A stretch of 32,000 nucleotides of DNA. It comes from Candidatus Scalindua sp. (lineage in GTDB: Bacteria; Planctomycetota; Brocadiia; Brocadiales; Scalinduaceae). Every line of letters begins with the position of its first letter. The stretch's first letter is position 1. A model generated the notes under the pieces. It saw only the letters and a program-made list of their open reading frames with translations, was not told where the DNA came from and made no database searches. Location of the stretch: contig JALDRA010000001.1 of assembly GCA_031316235.1 (NCBI GenBank), forward strand, positions 240,001 through 272,000, in the 5' to 3' direction. The position numbers and the translations under genes were made by a program. Positions 24,415-32,000 of this stretch are shown piece after piece.

Positions 24415-26181
24415 CTAGAAAAGACCTTTTACCTTGCCTGTTTCCACATCCACATCCACTCGTCGGAAAGCGGGATCTGAACACGTCCCGGGCATGAGTT
24501 TGATAGTTCCTGCGATTGGCACGACAAATCCTGCACCTTTGAATGTCAATATATCCCTGATATTCAATCTCCACCCTTTCGGAGCGCCCTTAAGCTGAGG
24601 GTTGTCTGTAAGAGAAAGATGTGTTTTTACCATGCAGGTTCCCAACTTGGCAATTTCTGGATCTGATTCCATCGCTTTGGCCTTTGCTAATGCCTCCGGA
24701 GTGTAATCTACTCCGTCTGCACCGTAAACCTCCTGAGCAATCAACTCAATACGTTCCCTTAACGGGGTCTCTAATTCATAAAGGTACTTGAAGTTAGTTT
24801 CTTCGTTGCATGCGTCAATTACAGCATCAGCCAACTCCAGAGCTCCTTCGCCACCCTTTTCCCAGTGTCTGGAAAGAGCAACACGAGCACCTGCATCTTC
24901 TGCTACCTTACGGACTGCTTTGATTTCATTATCTGTATCTGTATAGAAATTGTTAATGCAAACCACCGGATTAATGCCAGCCTTCTTGACCACATTAACA
25001 AGGTGAAGGAGGTTTGTTTCTGCCCCTTTTACGGTCCATTCAACATTTTCTTCTTTATAAGATGGGTCGAGAGGTTGGCCAGGAACAGGAATAGGGGCGC
25101 CACCATGGCATTTGAGTGCCCTGATTGTGGCAACCAGAACAGCCGCATTGGGTTTATTTCCCGAAAAACGGCACTTCAGATTCCAAAACTTTTCAAATCC
25201 TATATCTGCACCAAAACCAGATTCGGTTACGTTATAATCACCAAGCTTCAGCCCTATCCTATCCGCAACAATTGATGATTGACCAATAGCAATGTTAGCA
25301 AAAGGTCCTGCATGTACTAAAACCGGCTGCCCCTCAATAGTCTGCATAAGGTTCGGATTAATGGCATCTACCATCCACGCGGTCATGGCACCATCAACTT
25401 CCAAATCAGCAGTAGTTACTGGTTTCCCGGACTTGTCATAAGCTAAAACAATCCGCCCCATGCGGTCGCGCATATCCTTTAAATCCTTTGCAACAGCAAG
25501 AATAGCCATGATCTCTGACGAAACAGCAATGGCGAATCCAGAACTCATCATGAATCCATCCATCTTTCCACCAATACCAATCGTAATATCACGAAGAGCC
25601 TGTGCACAGAAATCGATAATCCATTTAGATTCAACCCTGTTTGGATCAATATCAAGACGTTTCAAGTTTCTTTTGGACAGCTGATCATCATTGTAGTTAA
25701 ATTCATGCTGTAATCTTGATGTGAGGGCTACCATGCCAAGGTTGTGGGCGTTCATTATTGCATTAATGTCTCCTGTAAGTCCTAAAGAAAAAGGAGTCAA
25801 TGGGATACATTGTGAAAGCCCTCCACCTGCAGCAGATCCCTTTATATTCATCGTCGGCCCGCCGGATGGCTGTCGAATAGCACCAATAACCTTCTTGTTC
25901 CTCTTTCCCAGCCCCTGCACCAGACCCATAGTTGTAGTAGATTTCCCCTCTCCCAATGGGGTAGGTGTAATTGCAGTCACATCAACATATTTTCCATCCG
26001 GCTTATCGCCAAGCCGTTTCATAGCCTTATTAAAATCAATCTTAGCTACATAGTGCCCATGAGGAAGAAGTTCATCCTTTTCCAGGCCTAACTCTTCGGC
26101 TAATTGATAAACTCTTTTCATGCGAGCCTCTGCGTCTTCTGCTATTTCCCAGTCTGCATGTTTCGTAGGATCCAAAGCCAT
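24415..26181 (-). CDS. fhs: Formate--tetrahydrofolate ligase
   Basis: 588 aa. [13 protein letters not shown]-loop, with FTHFS-family similarity over the full length. A strong SD AAAGGAGG lies 7 nt before the ATG. Confidence 0.97.
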   Translation of the reverse strand: MALDPTKHADWEIAEDAEARMKRVYQLAEELGLEKDELLPHGHYVAKIDFNKAMKRLGDKPDGKYVDVTAITPTPLGEGKSTTTMGLVQGLGKRNKKVIGAIRQPSGGPTMNIKGSAAGGGLSQCIPLTPFSLGLTGDINAIMNAHNLGMVALTSRLQHEFNYNDDQLSKRNLKRLDIDPNRVESKWIIDFCAQALRDITIGIGGKMDGFMMSSGFAIAVSSEIMAILAVAKDLKDMRDRMGRIVLAYDKSGKPVTTADLEVDGAMTAWMVDAINPNLMQTIEGQPVLVHAGPFANIAIGQSSIVADRIGLKLGDYNVTESGFGADIGFEKFWNLKCRFSGNKPNAAVLVATIRALKCHGGAPIPVPGQPLDPSYKEENVEWTVKGAETNLLHLVNVVKKAGINPVVCINNFYTDTDNEIKAVRKVAEDAGARVALSRHWEKGGEGALELADAVIDACNEETNFKYLYELETPLRERIELIAQEVYGADGVDYTPEALAKAKAMESDPEIAKLGTCMVKTHLSLTDNPQLKGAPKGWRLNIRDILTFKGAGFVVPIAGTIKLMPGTCSDPAFRRVDVDVETGKVKGLF

Positions 26182-26487
26182 TGTATAGCCTCCTTTCGAT
26201 TAACTAATTTTTTAAAATAAAAGATTATTACCTTCCTGATATTCTGATATACAAACAGTACCAATACGAACAAGCTCCTTACATCGAAGTTTCTCAAAAG
26301 ACTGCTAAACGATAAACGTGCTGATTATAATAACAAATTCACAGAGGTCAAGAAAAATGATTTGATGAAAAATGGTTTGATTGTATTTTTTCGAATCGAA
26401 ACTCCTCTCCCATTATCAAGATCGCTATTACCAATGGCCAGATAGCTAACCTCAGAACCTGGATTATAGTTAGACTCCAAAAAACAA

Positions 26488-26516
26488 TTGACAAATCCGA
26501 CAAGAATGGTTCTAAT
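26488..26516 (+). promoter_or_regulatory. Sigma-70-type promoter candidate for the lipoprotein/DUF350 operon
   Basis: TTGACA (26488-26493), 17-nt spacer, TCTAAT (26511-26516), 48 nt before ATG 26564. Confidence 0.45.
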
Positions 26517-26563
26517 AAATCCATTACCCAGACCTTCTTGTCTCACCATCCACTATTCTTACT

Positions 26564-27265
26564 ATGAGCGTTACAAAAAATACAATCGGTGTTTGCGCTA
26601 TACTTTTCATGCTCTTGTCACTGCAGTCATGCGGTGCCAAACGTTCACCGGTAGAGCAATTAGCCGCTCGGCTGAATGATGTTCCGGAGTACACGATTAT
26701 TCTGGACGATATGCAAACCGGTGGTGCTATTTTCAAACAATATTACCACAAATATAAAGTCATTATTGGTGATAAGGCGAATTACACCGGATGGGAAAGA
26801 ACATCTGAACCTTTTTATCGTCAAAATGAAAATTATCTTGGCATGGCGCTCTTATCCAAGACCGAAGAGGGTTATGTCACCAAGTCCGCCTCCCCACCTG
26901 GATTTCAATACGTTGGAAACTCTCGCTACGGTGAATGGAGAACCGACAGCTCTGGCAACTCTTTCTGGGCATTTTACGGGCAATACATGTTCATGTCCCA
27001 CATGTTTGGTATGTTTAACAGACCTGTCTATCGTAACGATTATAATACTTATACCGAATACAGAAACAGTAACAGGCCATATTATGGCAGAAATAACCAA
27101 TTTGGAACAAATGGCACGATTACAAAACAAACACATAAGAATTTCTTTGAAAGAAAGATGGCAAAACAGAAGATGGCAAAGAGGAGTTTTAAAGATAAAG
27201 TCGGGCAGAGGATAGGAAGAAGCCGTAGCCCATTCCGAAGCAGAGGAGGAGGTTTTGGTAAATAA
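26564..27265 (+). CDS. Lipoprotein of unknown function (Y/N/R-rich, C-terminal RGGGFGK tail; possibly DUF4247/DUF1190-like)
   Basis: Signal peptide with lipobox LQSC. The low-complexity C-terminal half is YRNDYNTYTEYRNSNRPYYGRNNQFG...SRGGGFGK. The stop overlaps the next start (TAATG). The family assignment is from memory only. Confidence 0.5.
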   Translation: MSVTKNTIGVCAILFMLLSLQSCGAKRSPVEQLAARLNDVPEYTIILDDMQTGGAIFKQYYHKYKVIIGDKANYTGWERTSEPFYRQNENYLGMALLSKTEEGYVTKSASPPGFQYVGNSRYGEWRTDSSGNSFWAFYGQYMFMSHMFGMFNRPVYRNDYNTYTEYRNSNRPYYGRNNQFGTNGTITKQTHKNFFERKMAKQKMAKRSFKDKVGQRIGRSRSPFRSRGGGFGK

Positions 27266-28110
27266 TGATTTTTAACAATCTCATTTCAGCTTTTATCTAT
27301 CTGTTATGCTGCTATTTCCTTTTCTGGCTGGGAAAACTTGCATATAATCTCATACATCGGGACATCAATGTAAGCGATGAGTTGGTGACAAAGGACAATT
27401 GTGCATTCGCTCTCTCACTGGTCGGCTACTATCTGGGTTTGGTTTTTGCTATTGGCGGTGTAATCGTGGGAGAATCTGACGGCTTACTGGAAGACCTGAT
27501 AGATATTTTTATTTATGGCCCTATCGCTATTATCCTCATGAATGTCTCTACAGTTGTCAACGACAAACTGATATTGTATGGTTTTAATAACAAAAAAGAG
27601 ATCTTCAAGGATCAGAATGCTGGAACTGGTGCTGTTGAATTGGCCGTCTATCTGGCCACTGGAATGATTATCTTTGGTTCTATATCCGGCGAGGGAGGCG
27701 GTATTCTGACACTGCTTGCCTTCTGGGTTATTGGACAAGTGTCGCTTATTATCATTGGTTTTGCTTATAATTTCATCACTCCTTATTGTATTCACGAACA
27801 CATTGAAAAAGACAATGTAGCCGTCGGTATCAGTTACGCCGGCGCTATCGTAGGGGTCGCAAATATCGTGAGTCATTCTATCAGCGGAGACTTTTCCAGC
27901 TGGAGTGAAAGTCTTATCACGTATGCCGGGTATTTTATCTTAGGCATCATTTTGCTTCCTCTGATCCGTATATATACGGACAAGATCCTTTTACCAGGCA
28001 AAAAATTAACTGATGAGATTGTCAATCAAGAAAAACCAAACCTGGGAGCTGCGTTTATTGACGCATTTTCATATATAGGCTCTTCATTCCTCATAACATG
28101 GTGTATCTAA
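27265..28110 (+). CDS. Integral membrane protein with four DUF350-type repeats (double-length YjfL-like)
   Basis: 281 aa. An acidic-x-[IL]-x-x-x-N-x-A motif, each followed by a TM helix, occurs four times: DELVTKDNCAFALSLVGYYLG, KEIFKDQNAGTGAVELAVYLA, EHIEKDNVAVGISYAGAIVG, DEIVNQEKPNLGAAFIDAFSY. Confidence 0.7.
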   Translation: MIFNNLISAFIYLLCCYFLFWLGKLAYNLIHRDINVSDELVTKDNCAFALSLVGYYLGLVFAIGGVIVGESDGLLEDLIDIFIYGPIAIILMNVSTVVNDKLILYGFNNKKEIFKDQNAGTGAVELAVYLATGMIIFGSISGEGGGILTLLAFWVIGQVSLIIIGFAYNFITPYCIHEHIEKDNVAVGISYAGAIVGVANIVSHSISGDFSSWSESLITYAGYFILGIILLPLIRIYTDKILLPGKKLTDEIVNQEKPNLGAAFIDAFSYIGSSFLITWCI

Positions 28111-28256
28111 ATTCATGATAAGCACCACGTAATAACATTCTATCTTCCCTGTTAAAATTAAGAGGTTGCACTGACACTCTATGCAATACAAATTACTATC
28201 CCCGGGATCTGAGTCAGACAACACTGTTTTCAAAGGTTGATCTTCACGTATTTTAC

Positions 28257-29810
28257 ATGCCCAACCCACTTTTTATAACTCAAAGCAGAATACTCAAGAT
28301 ATGCATCTTCGCCACAGGTTGTGCCGGTATTGTAGCGGAGTTTGTACTCTCAACCCTGGCTAGCTATCTCCTGGGAAACCCTATCCTTCAGTGGACCATC
28401 ATAATGTCTTTGATGCTGTTTGCAATGGGACTCGGAAGCCGGGTAAGTAGATATTTACACAGCAATCTGCTTGACAAGTTCATTTTCCTGGAATTCGCAC
28501 TCTCAATCCTCTGTGCTATATCCGTAGCGCTTTGCTATTGGTTTTCAACATTCAGTATACATACAAGCCTGTTGATCTATTCCTTCAGTATATTAATCGG
28601 GATACTCATTGGTGCAGAAATACCCTTAGTCACCAGGATGAATGAGTCATATGAGGATTTGAAGGAAAATATCTCATCTGTCATGGAAAACGATTATTAT
28701 GGCTCTCTGGCGGGAGGACTTTTGTTCGCTTTTTTTGCTCTTCCCTATTTTGGCCTCACGTATACACCAATCGCCCTTGGAATAATAAATTTTATGGTAG
28801 CCTCTTTCCTTTTCTGGAGATTCAGACGTTTGATTTATTATAAACGCACCCTTCAGATCTCATTCTGGACAATTACCTCATGTTTCTTAATCTTCCTGTT
28901 TGCGGTTAAACCGATTGTTCTATTTAGCGAACAGAAAAAATATAAAGATAAAATTATCTACTCGAAGCAAACCGCATATCAGAAAATTGTAATAACTCAG
29001 TGGAAAGATAAATATTGGCTTTTTATTAACGGGAACGAACAATTCTCAACATTTGATGAAGAAAAATATCACGAACCTCTCATCCACCCGGCAATGTCTC
29101 TTTCTGAACAGAGAAAAAATATCTTAATTCTTGGCGGCGGTGAAGGCCTGGCAGCAAGGGAACTCCTGAAATATACTGATGTAGAAAGCATTACTATTGT
29201 TGACATCGATCCAGAGATGACAGAAATTGCTCAAAATCACCCTGTTATTACTGAGATCAATCAAAACTCAATGGTTGACTTGAAGGTACACGTCACAAAT
29301 CAGGATGCCTTTAAATTTGTGGAAAACAATAAGGAAATTTTTGATGTCATAATAGCTGACTTGCCTGACCCGAATTCAATCCATCTTGCAAGACTCTATT
29401 CAAAGGAATTCTATTCACTCTGTCTGAAGAGTCTGACCAGGTACGGGGTTTTCGTAACACAGGCAACCAGTCCCGTCCATTCGGTAAACTCATACCTGTG
29501 CATTATAAGTACGATGAAATCAGCAGGCTTTACCGTCCTGCCCTATCATAACAATATTCCAACTCTTGGAGAATGGGGTTGGTGCCTCGGGATGAGAGAA
29601 GAAACAATAACATTTGATATGTTGAAATCAAAAGTAATGAAAATCGATCTGGAAAATATTCCAACACAATTCCTGAACAATGAGGCAATAATTTCAATGA
29701 TTCATTTTGGCAAAGGGATTTTGAACAAGAAGGAAGCGGTAAAAATCAACACTATCTTAAATCCGGTTTTAGTACAGTACTATAAAAAAGGTGCCTGGGC
29801 TGTATATTAA
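28257..29810 (+). CDS. Spermidine-synthase-like aminopropyltransferase fold with N-terminal multi-TM domain (COG4262-type)
   Basis: 517 aa. There are about 7 predicted TM helices, followed by ILILGGGEGLAARELLKY...ITIVDIDPEMTEIA...NQDAFKFV...FDVIIADLPDP (SAM/dcSAM-binding Rossmann motifs of the SpeE family). Confidence 0.85.
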   Translation: MPNPLFITQSRILKICIFATGCAGIVAEFVLSTLASYLLGNPILQWTIIMSLMLFAMGLGSRVSRYLHSNLLDKFIFLEFALSILCAISVALCYWFSTFSIHTSLLIYSFSILIGILIGAEIPLVTRMNESYEDLKENISSVMENDYYGSLAGGLLFAFFALPYFGLTYTPIALGIINFMVASFLFWRFRRLIYYKRTLQISFWTITSCFLIFLFAVKPIVLFSEQKKYKDKIIYSKQTAYQKIVITQWKDKYWLFINGNEQFSTFDEEKYHEPLIHPAMSLSEQRKNILILGGGEGLAARELLKYTDVESITIVDIDPEMTEIAQNHPVITEINQNSMVDLKVHVTNQDAFKFVENNKEIFDVIIADLPDPNSIHLARLYSKEFYSLCLKSLTRYGVFVTQATSPVHSVNSYLCIISTMKSAGFTVLPYHNNIPTLGEWGWCLGMREETITFDMLKSKVMKIDLENIPTQFLNNEAIISMIHFGKGILNKKEAVKINTILNPVLVQYYKKGAWAVY

Positions 29811-29898
29811 TTATAATCTGAGAGATATACAATCACAGGCACCCATAAACAAAATGCAGGAAAATTGCTCATACCAATGAACGTCATAGAGGGCAATA

Positions 29899-29921
29899 CC
29901 TTATCAGATTGCCTGATAAGG
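29899..29921. terminator. Hairpin between convergent genes (possible bidirectional terminator)
   Basis: CCTTATCAG-attgc-CTGATAAGG, a 9-bp perfect stem. There is no clear U-run on either strand. Confidence 0.3.
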
Positions 29922-30078
29922 CCACATATTCTGTCGCCTTGGTCTCTACTTTTAATCGGAAGAGCTGAGAAAACCTGTTAACTGTACGTTACCCTTCGGC
30001 TCAATGGTAAGGATTTTCGTGTTTAGGGAAGCACCCTTATTAATTCCTGCCATTTGAATCATAAGGATATTCCCGAGT

Positions 30079-32000
30079 TCAATATCCGTAGTAGGTGGAG
30101 TCTTTTTTCGCCTGATTCAATATAGTGCCTACGACACGTGTATCAGACTCTTTCAGGAAATTGGCTGCTTGATTCACCATTTTGACAGAAGCATGTCCAG
30201 ACTTGACAACAAAGATTACGCCATCAACTAAAGGTAGCAATGGCCTCACACTGCCTAATGCTTCCAACAATGGCGGTGCATCTATAAGTACGATATCGAA
30301 GCGTTGTTTCAGGATATCCAATACCTTTGTAAGGAACGTAAAATACTGTGGACCTTCATTTCTCAATTCATCACTACCTGAAGTTAATAAAGAAAGGCTC
30401 AATCCCTCAATGGATTTAAGACATGAGAGAACTTCATTTTCAACCAATCTGCTGCCCACCATACGGCCCAAACGCTTGATAATGGATGAGTAATCTTCCT
30501 GGAAATGAATTCTTCTGTCCTCATAGGTCTCCACATGTCCTGGTTCGAAAGCATATTCACCCTGTTTCCAGCTGAACAACTTTTGAAGGTGTTCTTCCAT
30601 TTGAAGTTTTAAAGGGCCCTGTAATTGACTTTGATTAATATAGCCTGAGTTAATGAGAATATATCCCATAGGCAGACCGGTACGTTTGTTTCGATCCAGG
30701 GCATCTTTCAATTGATTCTCGTCAATAAATCCACCGCGAAGAAGCATTGTTCCCAACCGATTGGCAAAGGGAACTTCCTGGCTCTGGAGGTGAACCAGCC
30801 GGCCATTTTCAAAGACAACAGTCATAGCTTGAGAATCATCTTTTACCACAAGTTTTCCACTCTGCTTTTTCAAAGAAATAAGAAAGAACAGATCATCGAT
30901 ACTGCACGTATCTAAAGTCCCATGATCCAGGTTCTTTGACAGTATCTTTGTCATAATATTCAACAATCCATTCCGATTCCCATTATCTAAACCAAACTTG
31001 TTATGCAGAGACGGCCGTTGCAGATCTGCATCAACCATTGCTACACGCAGCCCGCCCTTTGCCAGATTTATGGCTGAATTTGCAAGTACTGTTGTCTTTC
31101 CTTCACCAACAGTTGCACTTTCGATCAAGAGTATTTGTCCAGACATCCCCGATTCCAGGAGAGGCAATCCGCATATCAGACTACTTGAAACATTATAATA
31201 TCTCCCACTTCTCACCTTGTCTTTCTTCTGCTCGTTAAGTTTCAACTGGGACCCATTCGTCGGTAAAACAAGCGACTCTGTCCTGTTCAGATACCTGTTA
31301 TATGGTAACATGCCTATAACAGGCAGTTCAAGATGCTGCATGATGTCCTCTGGAGTCCTGATCGTTTTGTCCATATATTCAATGAAAAAAGTAAATCCCA
31401 AACCAAAAAACAGCCCCATGACTACAGCCAGTGAAATATTAAAGATAACATTTGGTTTGACAGGCAGACGGGGAATAACCGCAGCATCAACGATGCTGAT
31501 GTTTTGGCTCTCCATATTGCCAGTAAGATTGATTTCTTTGGCTTGTTTCAGCAGGATATCATAAATTGCCTTATCACTTTCCGCCTCCAATTCCAACATA
31601 CCATAATTTGTAAACTTACCATCATACAAATCAGCCTGCGAATCCTTCTCCGCCAGAATCTGTGTTTCAGTGCCCACATCAACCACTGCTCGGTCTAATT
31701 CTATCCTCATCGACTCTTTTAACCGACCCGCTTCATCAACAATACTCTTTTCCAGCTGGCTTATGCTTGAATCAATCTCAATGATCTTTGGATGCTTAGG
31801 ACCATACTTGGTATTCAGCTCCATTTTATTCGTCCTTAGCTGAACTAATTGTCTGCGCAGATCCTGGATGACATAGTGGTCTTTCACTTCCGGCAACGCG
31901 AAAAAACTGTCACTATCCACTGGATGGAAATCAATCTCATTAAATTCAAATTCGCTGATTGAAAGGATAGACTTTGCAAGCTTAATTTTATGATCTCTCA
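30079..32000 (-). CDS. Second polysaccharide co-polymerase / BY-kinase paralogue with the same kinase-domain insertion; 5' end lies beyond the right edge
   Basis: The track starts it at a GTG (31920), but the frame stays open to nt 32000 (my translation ...RDHKIKLAKSILSISEFEFNEIDFHPVDSDS...).
- Walker A VGEGKTT, A' VAMVDADLQRPSLH, B IVLIDAPP, Tyr tail STYYGY.
- The insertion (aa ~332-492 of the listed ORF, nt 30445-30927) is collinear with that of 4094..6700. Confidence 0.85.
   Translation of the reverse strand, partial: RDHKIKLAKSILSISEFEFNEIDFHPVDSDSFFALPEVKDHYVIQDLRRQLVQLRTNKMELNTKYGPKHPKIIEIDSSISQLEKSIVDEAGRLKESMRIELDRAVVDVGTETQILAEKDSQADLYDGKFTNYGMLELEAESDKAIYDILLKQAKEINLTGNMESQNISIVDAAVIPRLPVKPNVIFNISLAVVMGLFFGLGFTFFIEYMDKTIRTPEDIMQHLELPVIGMLPYNRYLNRTESLVLPTNGSQLKLNEQKKDKVRSGRYYNVSSSLICGLPLLESGMSGQILLIESATVGEGKTTVLANSAINLAKGGLRVAMVDADLQRPSLHNKFGLDNGNRNGLLNIMTKILSKNLDHGTLDTCSIDDLFFLISLKKQSGKLVVKDDSQAMTVVFENGRLVHLQSQEVPFANRLGTMLLRGGFIDENQLKDALDRNKRTGLPMGYILINSGYINQSQLQGPLKLQMEEHLQKLFSWKQGEYAFEPGHVETYEDRRIHFQEDYSSIIKRLGRMVGSRLVENEVLSCLKSIEGLSLSLLTSGSDELRNEGPQYFTFLTKVLDILKQRFDIVLIDAPPLLEALGSVRPLLPLVDGVIFVVKSGHASVKMVNQAANFLKESDTRVVGTILNQAKKDSTYYGY

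Noticed and set aside
26182-26330. THF riboswitch or other leader upstream of fhs
   Set aside because: Only a strong SD is evident. I could not recognise the conserved THF-riboswitch core or a convincing pseudoknot-forming structure.

Overview
Low-GC (about 35-40% by spot counts) bacterial chromosomal window, mostly minus-strand genes. The source organism cannot be named from the sequence. I called no rRNA, tRNA or CRISPR array, and saw no transposase, integrase or reverse transcriptase.

Content from left to right:
- **1-374:** 5' part of a Wzx-type polysaccharide flippase gene. It is strikingly GC-rich (40/60 G+C in nt 1-60) compared with the rest of the window.
- **0.4-4.1 kb:** accessory patch with two toxin-antitoxin modules (VapBC-like, CopG/MazF). 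It also holds remnants of four-helix-bundle (23S rRNA IVS-type) genes and dense short 'word' repeats.
- **4.1-12.6 kb:** exopolysaccharide initiation/export cluster with a regulator.
  - Wzc-like co-polymerase/BY-kinase
  - Wza-like export protein
  - WecA/MraY-family phosphoglycosyl transferase fused to a C-terminal PilZ domain
  - STAS-PilZ protein
  - PocR-type sigma-54 enhancer-binding protein
- **12.8-14.3 kb:** DsbA-like remnants, a perfect 5x10-bp tandem repeat, and a Phd/VapC module.
- **14.6-26.2 kb:** housekeeping and metabolic genes.
  - msrA, dCMP deaminase, a lipoprotein
  - M20 hydrolase, ATP-grasp ligase, ThiF/MoeB-type E1
  - LysM-YkuD L,D-transpeptidase
  - rplM-rpsI
  - class-II cytochrome c lipoprotein
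  - fhs
- **26.5-29.8 kb:** lipoprotein, four-repeat DUF350 membrane protein, and a membrane-anchored spermidine-synthase-like protein.
- **30.1-32.0 kb:** a second Wzc-like gene that runs off the right edge.

Most interesting signal: the EPS machinery carries several predicted c-di-GMP receptor modules in unusual places. Two canonical PilZ motifs are present, one of them fused to the initiating transferase. Both BY-kinase paralogues carry a ~160-aa DUF4388/PATAN-like plus tandem MshEN-like insertion inside the P-loop kinase domain.

A modular ~85-165 bp repeat occurs four times in one orientation. Three copies sit 30-75 nt upstream of minus-strand start codons.

All domain calls are by eye from motifs. 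No searches were run.
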